From contig JAJEHL010000024.1 in the NCBI GenBank assembly GCA_022823725.1, forward strand, positions 53,767-117,766: a DNA stretch of 64,000 nucleotides. Reading direction: 5' to 3'. The position numbers and the translations under genes are program-made. Source of the DNA: Candidatus Latescibacterota bacterium (GTDB lineage: Bacteria > Latescibacterota > UBA2968). Positions within the stretch are counted from its first letter, which is position 1. Every line of letters begins with the position of its first letter. The notes below the pieces were generated by a model. That model saw nothing but the letters and a program-made list of their open reading frames with translations, was not told where the DNA came from and ran no database searches. Below are positions 37,992-47,609 of the stretch, piece after piece.

Positions 37992-39349
37992 GCCAAAACA
38001 TTCTCATTATTGACGACGAAAGAAATATCCGCCGAACCTTGGACATGATCTTATCAGGCGAAGGCTATCAGGTCTTTACTTGTGCCTCGGCACAAGCGGG
38101 GCTTGGCGTATTGCAAAAAGAACTCATTCACCTGGTCTTGCTCGATATTGTTATGCCAGAAGTCAACGGCCTCGACGTATTGCCCGAACTCCTCAAAGTG
38201 CGTTCCGATCTGGCAGTCATCATGATTTCGGGACACGGCAATGTACAAAACGCCGTTCTCGCCATCAAACGAGGAGCTTATGATTTCCTGGAAAAACCTC
38301 TCGATCGCGACAAAGTGCTCCTGGCGATTTCTCGTGCCCTTCAAACGCGAAAACTCGCCGCAGAAAACCGCCATCTCAAACAACAAATTGAGGGACGCTA
38401 TGAAATGGTGGGGCAAAGTCCTGCCCTGGCAGAAATTCGCAACCAGATCGCGCGCGTTGCCCCCACCAATGGGCGTGTCCTCATCCTTGGGGAAAGCGGC
38501 ACAGGTAAAGAACTCGTTGCCCGTGCTGTTCACAAAATGAGCCACAGAGCGAACAATCCCTTTATCAAAGTAAACTGTGCTGCCATTCCCGAAGAACTCA
38601 TTGAAAGCGAATTGTTTGGGAGTGATCGAGGCGCATTTACTGGCGCGGTCAAAACGCGCGACGGTAAGTTCCTTCAGGCCGATGGGGGAACATTATTTCT
38701 CGATGAAATTGGCGACATGAGCCTATCGGTACAGGCCAAGGTTTTGCGCGCGCTCGAGCAGGGGGAATTTGAACGGGTAGGCGGCGCAAAGACCTTTCGC
38801 GTAGATGTGCGCGTCATCGCTGCCACAAACAAAAATTTGCATGCCGAAGTCGAGCGTGGTGAATTTCGCGAAGACCTTTACTTTCGCCTGAATGTGGTGC
38901 CATTGACAGCACCGCCCTTGAGGGACCGTCGCGAAGACATTCCCGCACTGGCCGAACACTTCCTCAACGCCTATGCGAAAGAAAATGGTTTTTTACCCAA
39001 AACACTATCGGCAGAAGCGCGGGACCTGCTCTTGCAATACAACTGGCCCGGCAATATCCGCGAACTAAAAAACCTGGTTGAACGCCTTTCAATTATGGTT
39101 TCGGGAGACACCATATACCCTGAAGATTTACCCGCCTTAGATGGTATGACCATTCCGAAACAACCCGGTTCTTTTCCAGATCTCGGCGCAGGAAAAACAC
39201 TTCGCCAAGTACGCGAAGCTGTTGAGCGGCACTACATTGCCCAGGCACTGGAGCAACACAAAGGCAATGTCACCCGCGCATCCAATGCCCTGGGCATCGA
39301 ACGCACCAACTTGCACAAAAAAATAAAACAATACGATCTCGAAAGGTGA
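37988..39349 (+). CDS. NtrX-like sigma-54-dependent response regulator
   Basis: Receiver domain, [14 protein letters not shown], Fis-type HTH. Confidence 0.93.
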   Translation: MSQNILIIDDERNIRRTLDMILSGEGYQVFTCASAQAGLGVLQKELIHLVLLDIVMPEVNGLDVLPELLKVRSDLAVIMISGHGNVQNAVLAIKRGAYDFLEKPLDRDKVLLAISRALQTRKLAAENRHLKQQIEGRYEMVGQSPALAEIRNQIARVAPTNGRVLILGESGTGKELVARAVHKMSHRANNPFIKVNCAAIPEELIESELFGSDRGAFTGAVKTRDGKFLQADGGTLFLDEIGDMSLSVQAKVLRALEQGEFERVGGAKTFRVDVRVIAATNKNLHAEVERGEFREDLYFRLNVVPLTAPPLRDRREDIPALAEHFLNAYAKENGFLPKTLSAEARDLLLQYNWPGNIRELKNLVERLSIMVSGDTIYPEDLPALDGMTIPKQPGSFPDLGAGKTLRQVREAVERHYIAQALEQHKGNVTRASNALGIERTNLHKKIKQYDLER

Positions 39350-39368
39350 GAACGCTATTTACGCGAAC

Positions 39369-39397
39369 AAAAAAAGCGCGGAAATAAATTCCGCGCT
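39369..39397 (-). terminator. Terminator of metK
   Basis: AGCGCGGAA-N5-TTCCGCGCT followed by a T run on the minus strand. Confidence 0.7.
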
Positions 39398-39426
39398 AAA
39401 AAATAGGCAAAATGATATTGAAAATA

Positions 39427-40563
39427 TTACAGCCCAGCGGCTTTTTTAATGACATCGGCTTTACTCGTCTGCTCCCACGTAAATTCTCCGCGTCCAAAAT
39501 GGCCATAAGCGGCTGTGGAACGATACACTGGTCGGGTCAACTTCAGTGCTAAAATAATGCCAGAAGGCGTCAGATCAAAGTGATCGTCAATCAGATCAAC
39601 GATTTTTGATTCTTCAATTTTGCCCGTGCCAAATGTATCTACGGCGATTGAAACGGGTTTTGCCACCCCAATAGCGTAGGCCAGTTGTACTTCACATCGA
39701 GATGCCAGGCCCGCTGCAACGACATTTTTGGCGACCCAACGCGCCGCATAATGTCCGCTGCGATCCACTTTGGTTGGATCCTTGCCGGAAAACGCCCCAC
39801 CGCCGTGCCGCCCCATCCCACCGTACGTATCCACAATAATCTTCCGCCCGGTCAACCCGCAATCGCCGTGTGGTCCACCCACCACAAATTTTTTGGTTGG
39901 GTTGACGTGATAAATCGTATCGCCATCCAAAAGATGCGTAGGCACCACCTCGCGGATCACTTTCTCCTTCACATCCCGCACAATCTGATCGTGCGATACA
40001 TCTTCATCGTGTTGTGTCGAAACCACCACAGTGTGAACGCGAACCGGCTCGTCCCCATCGTATTCCACTGTCACCTGCGCTTTGCTATCGGGACGCAAAT
40101 ACGAAAGCCCTTTGTCTTTGCGAATCTGCGCGAGTTCCGCCACCAATTTGTGAGACAGGGTAATGGGCAACGGCATTAATTCAGGTGTTGTTTCTCGACA
40201 TGCATATCCAAACATCATTCCTTGATCGCCCGCTCCACCCGTATCCACCCCCTGTGCAATATCGGACGATTGTTGATCCAATTTCACCATGATCTCACAA
40301 CTTTTGTAATCAAATCCATAGCTCGAATCCGTATAGCCAATGTCTTTAATCACGCCGCGTACCCGCGACTTAAGATCCACGGTAGCCTTACTGGTCACTT
40401 CTCCCGCGACCACCACAAGCCCGGTTGTCACCAGCGTTTCGCACGCCACTCTCGATTTGGGATCTTGCTCCAACATAGCATCGAGCACGGCATCCGAAAT
40501 CTGATCTGCCAACTTATCTGGATGCCCTTCAGAAACTGATTCCGACGTAAACAAACGGCCCAT
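39427..40563 (-). CDS. metK: S-adenosylmethionine synthase
   Basis: [28 protein letters not shown]. Confidence 0.99.
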   Translation of the reverse strand: MGRLFTSESVSEGHPDKLADQISDAVLDAMLEQDPKSRVACETLVTTGLVVVAGEVTSKATVDLKSRVRGVIKDIGYTDSSYGFDYKSCEIMVKLDQQSSDIAQGVDTGGAGDQGMMFGYACRETTPELMPLPITLSHKLVAELAQIRKDKGLSYLRPDSKAQVTVEYDGDEPVRVHTVVVSTQHDEDVSHDQIVRDVKEKVIREVVPTHLLDGDTIYHVNPTKKFVVGGPHGDCGLTGRKIIVDTYGGMGRHGGGAFSGKDPTKVDRSGHYAARWVAKNVVAAGLASRCEVQLAYAIGVAKPVSIAVDTFGTGKIEESKIVDLIDDHFDLTPSGIILALKLTRPVYRSTAAYGHFGRGEFTWEQTSKADVIKKAAGL

Positions 40564-40584
40564 AAAGCCTGCTCCTATAAAAAA

Positions 40585-42369
40585 TTAAAACAATGACAAT
40601 CTCATTTGTCGTGTAGTCTCACCACTATCCCCGCCAACGAACGTCGCGTCATCTTCATCGGATAAAGTGGCGTTTACACGCGCCCGAATATCTGCGATCT
40701 CCTGCATATTGAGCACATCTTCACCAAGTGCCTGAAGCTGGTTAAAGGATGTATTGCGAATTGCGCGTTTGACCTCGGGCAATGCCGAAGGCGTCATCGA
40801 CAGCTTATCAACCCCCATGCCCATCAGCAACAATCCAGAATGCGGATCTCCCGCCATCTCACCGCAAACCGTTACTGGTATATTTTGTGCATGCGCTGCA
40901 TCGACCACGCCCTTGATCAATCGCAAGACCGCAGGGTGAAACGGATCGAATAAATACGAGACGAGATCATTGCCGCGATCAACTGCAAGCGTGTATTGGA
41001 TCAGATCATTAGTGCCAATACTAAAAAAATCGACTTCCCGCGCCAACTGATCGGCTATCAGGGCAGCAGAAGGGACTTCGATCATGACCCCAACGGGACA
41101 CTGGGAATTAAAAGGCACGCCTTCTCGCGTCAATTCTTCGCGTACATCATCGAGCACGGCAAGAGCCTCGCGCAATTCGTCAATCCCCGAAATCAGAGGC
41201 AACATCAACTTCACATTACCAACAGCACTCGCTTTTAAGATCGCCCGAAGCTGTACTTTGAAAAGATCGCGGTGTCTCAGCGTCAGCCGGATGGAACGCA
41301 ACCCCAAAAAGGGATTCATTTCTGTCTGTGTATTGAGCACATGCGACATTTTATCGCCCCCCAGATCCAGGGTGCGAATCACGAGGGGGTGTGGCGCAAT
41401 ACGTTTGGCCATTTGCGAATAGGCGGCAACCTGTGAAGCCTCATCGGGCAAAATATCGCTGGCGAGATAGAGATATTCTGTGCGGTACAACCCGACGCCT
41501 TCGGCACCGTAATCCATCGCAGAATGCACCTCACTGGGCAATTCTATATTGGCCTGTAACGCGAGCCGAACGCCATCCTCAGTCTGGGCGGGCAAATCTC
41601 GGGAATCGACCAACCCGGCCTTTCGCTTTCTCAATCTTTCGGCCAGGTTCCGATACTGCGCGAGTGTTTCACTATCCGGGTTGAGAATAAAATCCCCGCG
41701 GCGTCCATCTACTATCGCCATATCACCAATACGCGCATCAGATAGTGCGTTGGCAACGCTGACAACGGCGGGTATCTCTAACCCGCGCGCCAGAATAATC
41801 GCGTGGGACGTGGGGCCACCAACTTCTGTGACAAGCCCCAAAACCCGATCGGGTTGCAAGTGCGCCATATCGTCGGGCATTAAATCGCGTGCAACGACAA
41901 TCGCTTTGTCGGGCAATCGATCTAACCCGGCCTTTTCCCAATTCCCCAATTTGGCTAATACCCGCTTTGCAATGCCCAATAAATCGGCACCGCGTTCTCT
42001 CAAATAATCATCTTGAAACGCTTCAAATTGACGACGCAAATTCTGGAAAGTCGTCCAGAAAGCGTATTCAGCATTATATTTTTCTATATGTGGATATGTA
42101 AGCTCGAGAAGCACGGGGTCTTGCAACATGAGCAGATGGGCGTCGAATATCTGGGCATGCTCTTTGCCCAGTATATCCTCGACATGCGCCCGCGTGGCCG
42201 CGAAATCCTCAGATACGGCTCTGATTGCCTCTTGCAATCTCGCCTTCTCTACGGGAATATCGCTGGGATCTATCCGGCGTTGATCCACGGGAAACTCTTC
42301 CGAGTCGTACAAATACACCGGTGCAATTGCAATGCCCGGAGACGCCTGTATGCCTTTGAGATATTTCAT
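40585..42369 (-). CDS. ptsI: PEP--protein phosphotransferase (PTS enzyme I)
   Basis: GGPTSHAIILAR phospho-His, GLYRTE, SIGTNDL. Confidence 0.95.
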   Translation of the reverse strand: MKYLKGIQASPGIAIAPVYLYDSEEFPVDQRRIDPSDIPVEKARLQEAIRAVSEDFAATRAHVEDILGKEHAQIFDAHLLMLQDPVLLELTYPHIEKYNAEYAFWTTFQNLRRQFEAFQDDYLRERGADLLGIAKRVLAKLGNWEKAGLDRLPDKAIVVARDLMPDDMAHLQPDRVLGLVTEVGGPTSHAIILARGLEIPAVVSVANALSDARIGDMAIVDGRRGDFILNPDSETLAQYRNLAERLRKRKAGLVDSRDLPAQTEDGVRLALQANIELPSEVHSAMDYGAEGVGLYRTEYLYLASDILPDEASQVAAYSQMAKRIAPHPLVIRTLDLGGDKMSHVLNTQTEMNPFLGLRSIRLTLRHRDLFKVQLRAILKASAVGNVKLMLPLISGIDELREALAVLDDVREELTREGVPFNSQCPVGVMIEVPSAALIADQLAREVDFFSIGTNDLIQYTLAVDRGNDLVSYLFDPFHPAVLRLIKGVVDAAHAQNIPVTVCGEMAGDPHSGLLLMGMGVDKLSMTPSALPEVKRAIRNTSFNQLQALGEDVLNMQEIADIRARVNATLSDEDDATFVGGDSGETTRQMRLSLF

Positions 42370-42372
42370 AGC

Positions 42373-42645
42373 TCAGTCAAATTTTGATTCAATCATTTCG
42401 ACAATACGATCCAGTGCATCGCGGGCATCTTCACCCTCGACCCGCACCGTGATCACAGAACCCACTTCCGCGGCCAACATCATCACACCCATAATGCTCT
42501 TGCCATTGATTGCCAGACCATCTTTTTCCAGTGTAATTTCAGAAGTAAACACAGCCGCCGCCTGTACCAGCAAAGCTGCGGGTCTCGCGTGAATGCCCAG
42601 TTTATTTTTTACCGTAGCCCGTTGTTCCAGCATCGTGTGTATCAT
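42373..42645 (-). CDS. ptsH: HPr phosphocarrier
   Basis: GIHARPAA (His15), GKSIMGV (Ser46). Confidence 0.95.
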   Translation of the reverse strand: MIHTMLEQRATVKNKLGIHARPAALLVQAAAVFTSEITLEKDGLAINGKSIMGVMMLAAEVGSVITVRVEGEDARDALDRIVEMIESKFD

Positions 42646-42668
42646 CCATAATCAGAAACATTTGAAAT

Positions 42669-43559
42669 TCAATCTTCAGCAATCAGTTGCAAGACCTGTT
42701 CTTCTCCATGGATATGCCCTGCTCCACCGGCTTTAGCACATGTTAGTGCGGCACTTCCGCTGGCAAATTTCACACTGCGCGTCAGCGTCCATCCCTGTAA
42801 ATACCCGTAAATAAGGCCAGCTCGAAACGCATCTCCCGCCCCGGTTGTATCGCGCATAGTGACCTGGTATGCGGGCTGTTCAAAACTATTGCCATTTTCC
42901 TGGAAAACCTGACAACCCTGTTTTCCTCTGGTAATCACCACAGTTTCTATACCGGCCTTCAAAAGCCCAACCGCCACATCCGATGGCATGCCCATTCTGT
43001 GTCGACGCATAAAACCGTCAGAATTGATCACTACATCACAAAATTTTGCAAGTGGGTGATCTGGCGTCAGTTCAATTGCAAATACCGTCACATCACAAGC
43101 CCGCGCAATTTTAGCTGCTCGTATTGCATTTTCTCCTAAAAAGGGATCGACAGACAACAGGGCAACACCATCGAGATCCGCCTCGGTCAGTGGCCTACTA
43201 CGCAAATCGGGAAAATGTCCACAAATCGTTCGACCACCGTTGACATCAGATAGAATAACGGCGTGCCCGGTGCGAACGCTGGGATCTATATCGAGCCTGC
43301 GGATATCCACGTCAAATTGACGCATTGTGCGCAAGAAAAGTGCCCCCCTGCGATCATCCCCTATTGCACACCCCATCAACCGCACATCAACCTCCAACCC
43401 GCTCAGAGTCACCGCCGTATTGGTCGCTTCTCCACCGACAAATTCTTCGTCGCGAAACGCGCGCGTATGACCATTGCGCTCGGGAAACCAGGCCACTTGC
43501 ACGATTTGGTCGATACCCAGTACCCCATAACACAACACTGTACCAGATGAAATAGCCAT
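42669..43559 (-). CDS. PfkB family carbohydrate kinase
   Basis: GGEATNTA, DTTGAGDAF. Confidence 0.9.
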   Translation of the reverse strand: MAISSGTVLCYGVLGIDQIVQVAWFPERNGHTRAFRDEEFVGGEATNTAVTLSGLEVDVRLMGCAIGDDRRGALFLRTMRQFDVDIRRLDIDPSVRTGHAVILSDVNGGRTICGHFPDLRSRPLTEADLDGVALLSVDPFLGENAIRAAKIARACDVTVFAIELTPDHPLAKFCDVVINSDGFMRRHRMGMPSDVAVGLLKAGIETVVITRGKQGCQVFQENGNSFEQPAYQVTMRDTTGAGDAFRAGLIYGYLQGWTLTRSVKFASGSAALTCAKAGGAGHIHGEEQVLQLIAED

Positions 43560-43629
43560 AACAATACGCTCACATAAAAAAACCGTCCGCAAAGACGGTA
43601 ACGACATCCCCAATTGTCAAAAAATGGAC

Positions 43630-44379
43630 TCAGTCGAGACAGTGAATGGCAGAAGCAAACGCGCCAATCAGCGCGGCGTCCCAGCTCGTTTCTTCAAAAA
43701 TACTACCAACCACCACAAAAGCTGCGCCCAATGCGACCCGTTTTGCCGCAGCTTTGGGATCGCGAATGCCGCCGCCAACAATTATTGGGATCGACACATA
43801 ACTACAGACTGCCTGTACTATTTCTTCGGGTACCATCAACTCTGGCCCGCTACCAGCATCCAGATACACGCATTGCATACCCAAATACTCGGCGGCAAGA
43901 GCGTGCGCCATTGCAATCTCGGGTTTGTCACGCGGCAAGGGACGCGTGTTGCTCACGTATTCGGCCGTAGTTAGCTGCCCTGTATCCACGAGCGCGTAGC
44001 CGGTTGCAATAGCCTCTAAGCCGTGAGCTTTCAAAATTGGCGCAGCCTTAACTTGTTGCCCAATCAGCAATTCGGGATTGCGTCCACTGATAAGCGACAA
44101 AAACATAATCGCATCGGCAGCCGCTGATATTTGATTGGTATCGCCGGGAAATATAATCACCGGAATATCTACAGCGCGTACGACCTCGCGTACCATGCGG
44201 TCAAAATTGGTGGATAACAAAAAACTACCGCCAATCAAAATGGCGTCTGCCCCCTGCGCTTCACAAACAGAGGCAGTGCGTCCCAGATCCTTTTTGTCGA
44301 GCCTGTCGGGATCCAGGTAGGGCAAAAACCCGGCCCCGCGGCGATTGCGAATAGCCACCAACTGTTCGAATATCGACAT
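43630..44379 (-). CDS. Geranylgeranylglyceryl/heptaprenylglyceryl phosphate synthase (group II GGGPS-like)
   Basis: LDPD, ILIGGS, FLSLISGRNP.LLIGQQV, YLDAGSG, VGGGIR. Confidence 0.9.
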   Translation of the reverse strand: MSIFEQLVAIRNRRGAGFLPYLDPDRLDKKDLGRTASVCEAQGADAILIGGSFLLSTNFDRMVREVVRAVDIPVIIFPGDTNQISAAADAIMFLSLISGRNPELLIGQQVKAAPILKAHGLEAIATGYALVDTGQLTTAEYVSNTRPLPRDKPEIAMAHALAAEYLGMQCVYLDAGSGPELMVPEEIVQAVCSYVSIPIIVGGGIRDPKAAAKRVALGAAFVVVGSIFEETSWDAALIGAFASAIHCLD

Positions 44380-44387
44380 TGAGGCAC

Positions 44388-47000
44388 TTACCCTCCCACC
44401 TGCGCCCGAATGATGTCAGGCACTCGCGCCAGAGCCTCTCCGATCTTTTCGGGAAACTTACCACCGGCCTGTGCCAGATGGGGACGACCGCCGCCGCCAC
44501 CCCCCACAATCTGTGCAATGGCTTTGACAACATTGCCAGCCTGCACACCCTGACCAATCAGATCGTCCGTCACCACCGCCAGAAGCGATGCCTTGCCATT
44601 TAAATTCGCACCAATCACACCAACCCCCCCTGTGCCCAGAGCATCTCGCAAACCGTCGCCCATTGTGCGAAATCCGTCCATATCAGGTGGCGAAACCTCG
44701 GCAGCCACAACGCGTAACCCATTTACATTCAGAGCACTGTTCACCAGCATATCCATCTCTGAACCGGCCCGTTCCCGTCGCAAACTCTGCAACTCGCGCT
44801 CGAGTTCGCGATTGTGCGCGATCAGGTGCGCGACCTTATTCGACAATTCCGATGTTGACGCATTCAGTTGCGATGAAAGATTCACCAAAATTTTCTTTTG
44901 CTCGCGCACGAGGGCTTCTGCACCAGGTCCCGTAACTGCCTCAATGCGCCGCACGCCAGCTGCGGTGCCCGTCTCTTGTGTGAGTTGAAACAGCCCTATT
45001 TGCCCGGTGCTCTGCACATGCGTGCCACCGCACAACTCCAGGCTAAAATCCCCCACCTGTACCATGCGCACCACATCGCCATATTTTTCGCTAAACAACA
45101 TCATCGCACCCATTTCCACAGCGCGATCGAATGAGTCAAAAGAGATATCGACAGCGCAATCTCTCCTGACCTCGTCATTTACAATCCCCACAATATCGTC
45201 CAATTGCGCGGGTGTCACACCTTCAAAATGCGTAAAATCAAACCGCAATCGATCTGGGGCAACCAACGAGCCAGCCTGGTGTACATGATCGCCCAATACC
45301 TGCCGCAAAGCGCGATGCATCAGATGCGTGGCCGTGTGATTCCGCGCTGTATTCAAACGAGTTTCAGCATCGACACGCGCCTTCACATCCATCCCTTTCA
45401 ACCCTTCGGCCTGCCCATCGCACAGGCGACCGCGATGCACAATTGCCTCTCCTGCTTTAAAAGTAGTCGCTACTTCAAAGCGCACACCTTCTCCTACAAT
45501 TTCGCCCGTATCTCCGACCTGCCCGCCAGACTCGGCATAAAATGGCGTTATATCCAGATAGAGATCCAACATCTCGTCCTGTGCGGGTTGGCAGGCGACA
45601 ATGCGCGAATCGGATACAAGTGTTTCGTAGCCCACAAATTTCGATTCAGGAATATGTGTAACTTCTGAGACACTTACTTGAAAATCAAAAGAAGCTGCAG
45701 AACGAGACCTCTCCTGCTGTGCCGCCATCTGCGCGTCAAAGCCCTCCTCATCCACCTCAATACCCTTTTCGGCTGCCATTAGCCGAGTCAAATCAATGGG
45801 AAAACCATAGGTATCGTACAACTGAAAAGCATCTGTCCCGGAAATATGTCCTTTCGCCTGCATCGCGTCAAAAATTTCCAACCCGCGATCCAGTGTTTTG
45901 CCAAATCCCTCTTCCTCAGACCGAATCACCCGTTCAATATAATCGCGTTTTTCTTTTACCTCGGGAAATGCAACACTCATTTCGCGGACTACTGTCTCTA
46001 TTAATCGAAAAATAAACGGCTCATGCATCCCCAGCGAGCGCCCAAACCGCGCAGCACGGCGCAAAATCCGCCGCAAAACATAGCCTCGCCCTTCATTGGA
46101 CGGCAGCACCCCATCTGCGATAGCAAAAGCGAGTGTACGCACATGATCGGCAATCACGCGTATGGGTACCTGATAGTCTTTGTTATAGGGTTTTCGAGTA
46201 ATCTCACTGATTGCCCCAATAACTGGCAAAAACACATCCGTATCATAAGTGGTTTTTACACCCTGTAAAATCGAACAAATCCGCTCAAATCCCATCCCCG
46301 TATCCACATGCTGAGCTGGCAAAGGCTGCAATATGCCATCGGCACCGCGGTTGTACTGAATAAAAACCAGATTCCAGATTTCGACATAATCCTCAGAATC
46401 TAAGTCCGGCACGGCATCCTGTTGCGCCGGGTCATCTCCGAGATAAAAGTGTATTTCGGAACACGGGCCACAGGGGCCTGTACTTCCCATCTCCCAAAAA
46501 TTATCTTCCTTGCCTAAACGCAGCACGCGATTGGCGGGCAAATCCGTCACGTGCTTCCAGAGTTTTTCAGCCTCTACATCGGCCTCCAGGCCATCCTTCT
46601 CGTCGCCGCCAAACACCGTTGCCCACATGCGATCTTTTGGCAACCGCCACACTTCTGTGAGCAACTCCCAAGCCCATGCTATGGCTTCTTCTTTAAAGTA
46701 GTCGCCAAAAGACCAGTTGCCCAACATCTCAAAAAATGTGTGATGGTTGGGGCTGAACCCCACTTCTTCCAGGTCGTTGTGTTTGCCCGAAACCCGCAAA
46801 CACTTCTGCGTATCAACCGCCCGTAAATAAGACCGACGCCCGGTGCCCAAAAACACATCCTTAAACTGATTCATACCCGCATTGGTAAACAACAGTGTAG
46901 GATCGTCTTGCGGCAACAGGGGGGCACTTTGAACCCGCGTATGGCCTTTGGATTCAAAAAATGCCTGAAACTCTTCGCGAATTTGTACAGCAGTCTTCAT
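44388..47000 (-). CDS. alaS: Alanine--tRNA ligase
   Basis: LLFTNAGMNQFK, HHTFFEMLGNWSFGDY, ELCGGTH, GGGGG. Confidence 0.99.
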   Translation of the reverse strand: MKTAVQIREEFQAFFESKGHTRVQSAPLLPQDDPTLLFTNAGMNQFKDVFLGTGRRSYLRAVDTQKCLRVSGKHNDLEEVGFSPNHHTFFEMLGNWSFGDYFKEEAIAWAWELLTEVWRLPKDRMWATVFGGDEKDGLEADVEAEKLWKHVTDLPANRVLRLGKEDNFWEMGSTGPCGPCSEIHFYLGDDPAQQDAVPDLDSEDYVEIWNLVFIQYNRGADGILQPLPAQHVDTGMGFERICSILQGVKTTYDTDVFLPVIGAISEITRKPYNKDYQVPIRVIADHVRTLAFAIADGVLPSNEGRGYVLRRILRRAARFGRSLGMHEPFIFRLIETVVREMSVAFPEVKEKRDYIERVIRSEEEGFGKTLDRGLEIFDAMQAKGHISGTDAFQLYDTYGFPIDLTRLMAAEKGIEVDEEGFDAQMAAQQERSRSAASFDFQVSVSEVTHIPESKFVGYETLVSDSRIVACQPAQDEMLDLYLDITPFYAESGGQVGDTGEIVGEGVRFEVATTFKAGEAIVHRGRLCDGQAEGLKGMDVKARVDAETRLNTARNHTATHLMHRALRQVLGDHVHQAGSLVAPDRLRFDFTHFEGVTPAQLDDIVGIVNDEVRRDCAVDISFDSFDRAVEMGAMMLFSEKYGDVVRMVQVGDFSLELCGGTHVQSTGQIGLFQLTQETGTAAGVRRIEAVTGPGAEALVREQKKILVNLSSQLNASTSELSNKVAHLIAHNRELERELQSLRRERAGSEMDMLVNSALNVNGLRVVAAEVSPPDMDGFRTMGDGLRDALGTGGVGVIGANLNGKASLLAVVTDDLIGQGVQAGNVVKAIAQIVGGGGGGRPHLAQAGGKFPEKIGEALARVPDIIRAQVGG

Positions 47001-47007
47001 CTTTTAT

Positions 47008-47505
47008 TTAACCTTCTTCATTATCTATTTTACACCACACTTTTTGAGCGACATCTCGCGCAACCGAAATCTCAAAACCCCGGCGCCCTAAAAAACCGAA
47101 CATTCGCCCGAGAGCTTTCTCACGGGATAATCCCCGGTAGCGATTTGCCCTGCCCATAAGCAAATCGAGTGCGACATCTTCAATGTCAATATCAGCCAAA
47201 ACATCGTCCAAAACGCGATTGATTATCTCAGTCGGAACACCCCGACGCACAAGATCGCGCACAAGTGCTACCCGTCCAGAAGGCCGCAATCGCAACCGTT
47301 GCTCGACAAATTGACGCGCAAACAACACATCATCAATTAAATTGAGACGCTTGAGCATCGAGAGAGTCTGTTCAATCGCGTCTTGCTCATAACCTCGTCC
47401 AGCGAGTTTGTCGCAAATCTCTTTTTTTGTATAAGCGCGTCTGCTCAGCAAGCGCAAGACATACGCCCTGGCCTTCTCAACGGCTTCATCGGTCTCTAAT
47501 TTCAC
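47008..47505 (-). CDS. recX: Regulatory protein RecX
   Basis: LLSRRAYT..EI..KL, LIDDVLFA, FLGRRGF, sits between recA and alaS. Confidence 0.9.
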   Translation of the reverse strand: MKLETDEAVEKARAYVLRLLSRRAYTKKEICDKLAGRGYEQDAIEQTLSMLKRLNLIDDVLFARQFVEQRLRLRPSGRVALVRDLVRRGVPTEIINRVLDDVLADIDIEDVALDLLMGRANRYRGLSREKALGRMFGFLGRRGFEISVARDVAQKVWCKIDNEEG

Positions 47506-47519
47506 GATAATTTCTCGTT

Positions 47520-47569
47520 AAAAAAGACAACAGAGCAGGTATTAAAATAGGCAAACCCACTCTGTTGTC
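47520..47569 (-). terminator. Terminator/attenuator hairpin just upstream of recX
   Basis: GACAACAGAG...CTCTGTTGTC followed by T6 on the minus strand. Confidence 0.6.
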
Positions 47570-47609
47570 AAAGCCTAAAATGCGATTTCTGCCTTATGTT
47601 CCCCGCGCG

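Noticed and set aside
40563-40600. SAM riboswitch upstream of metK
   Set aside because: Only ~20 bp separate ptsI and metK, leaving no room.
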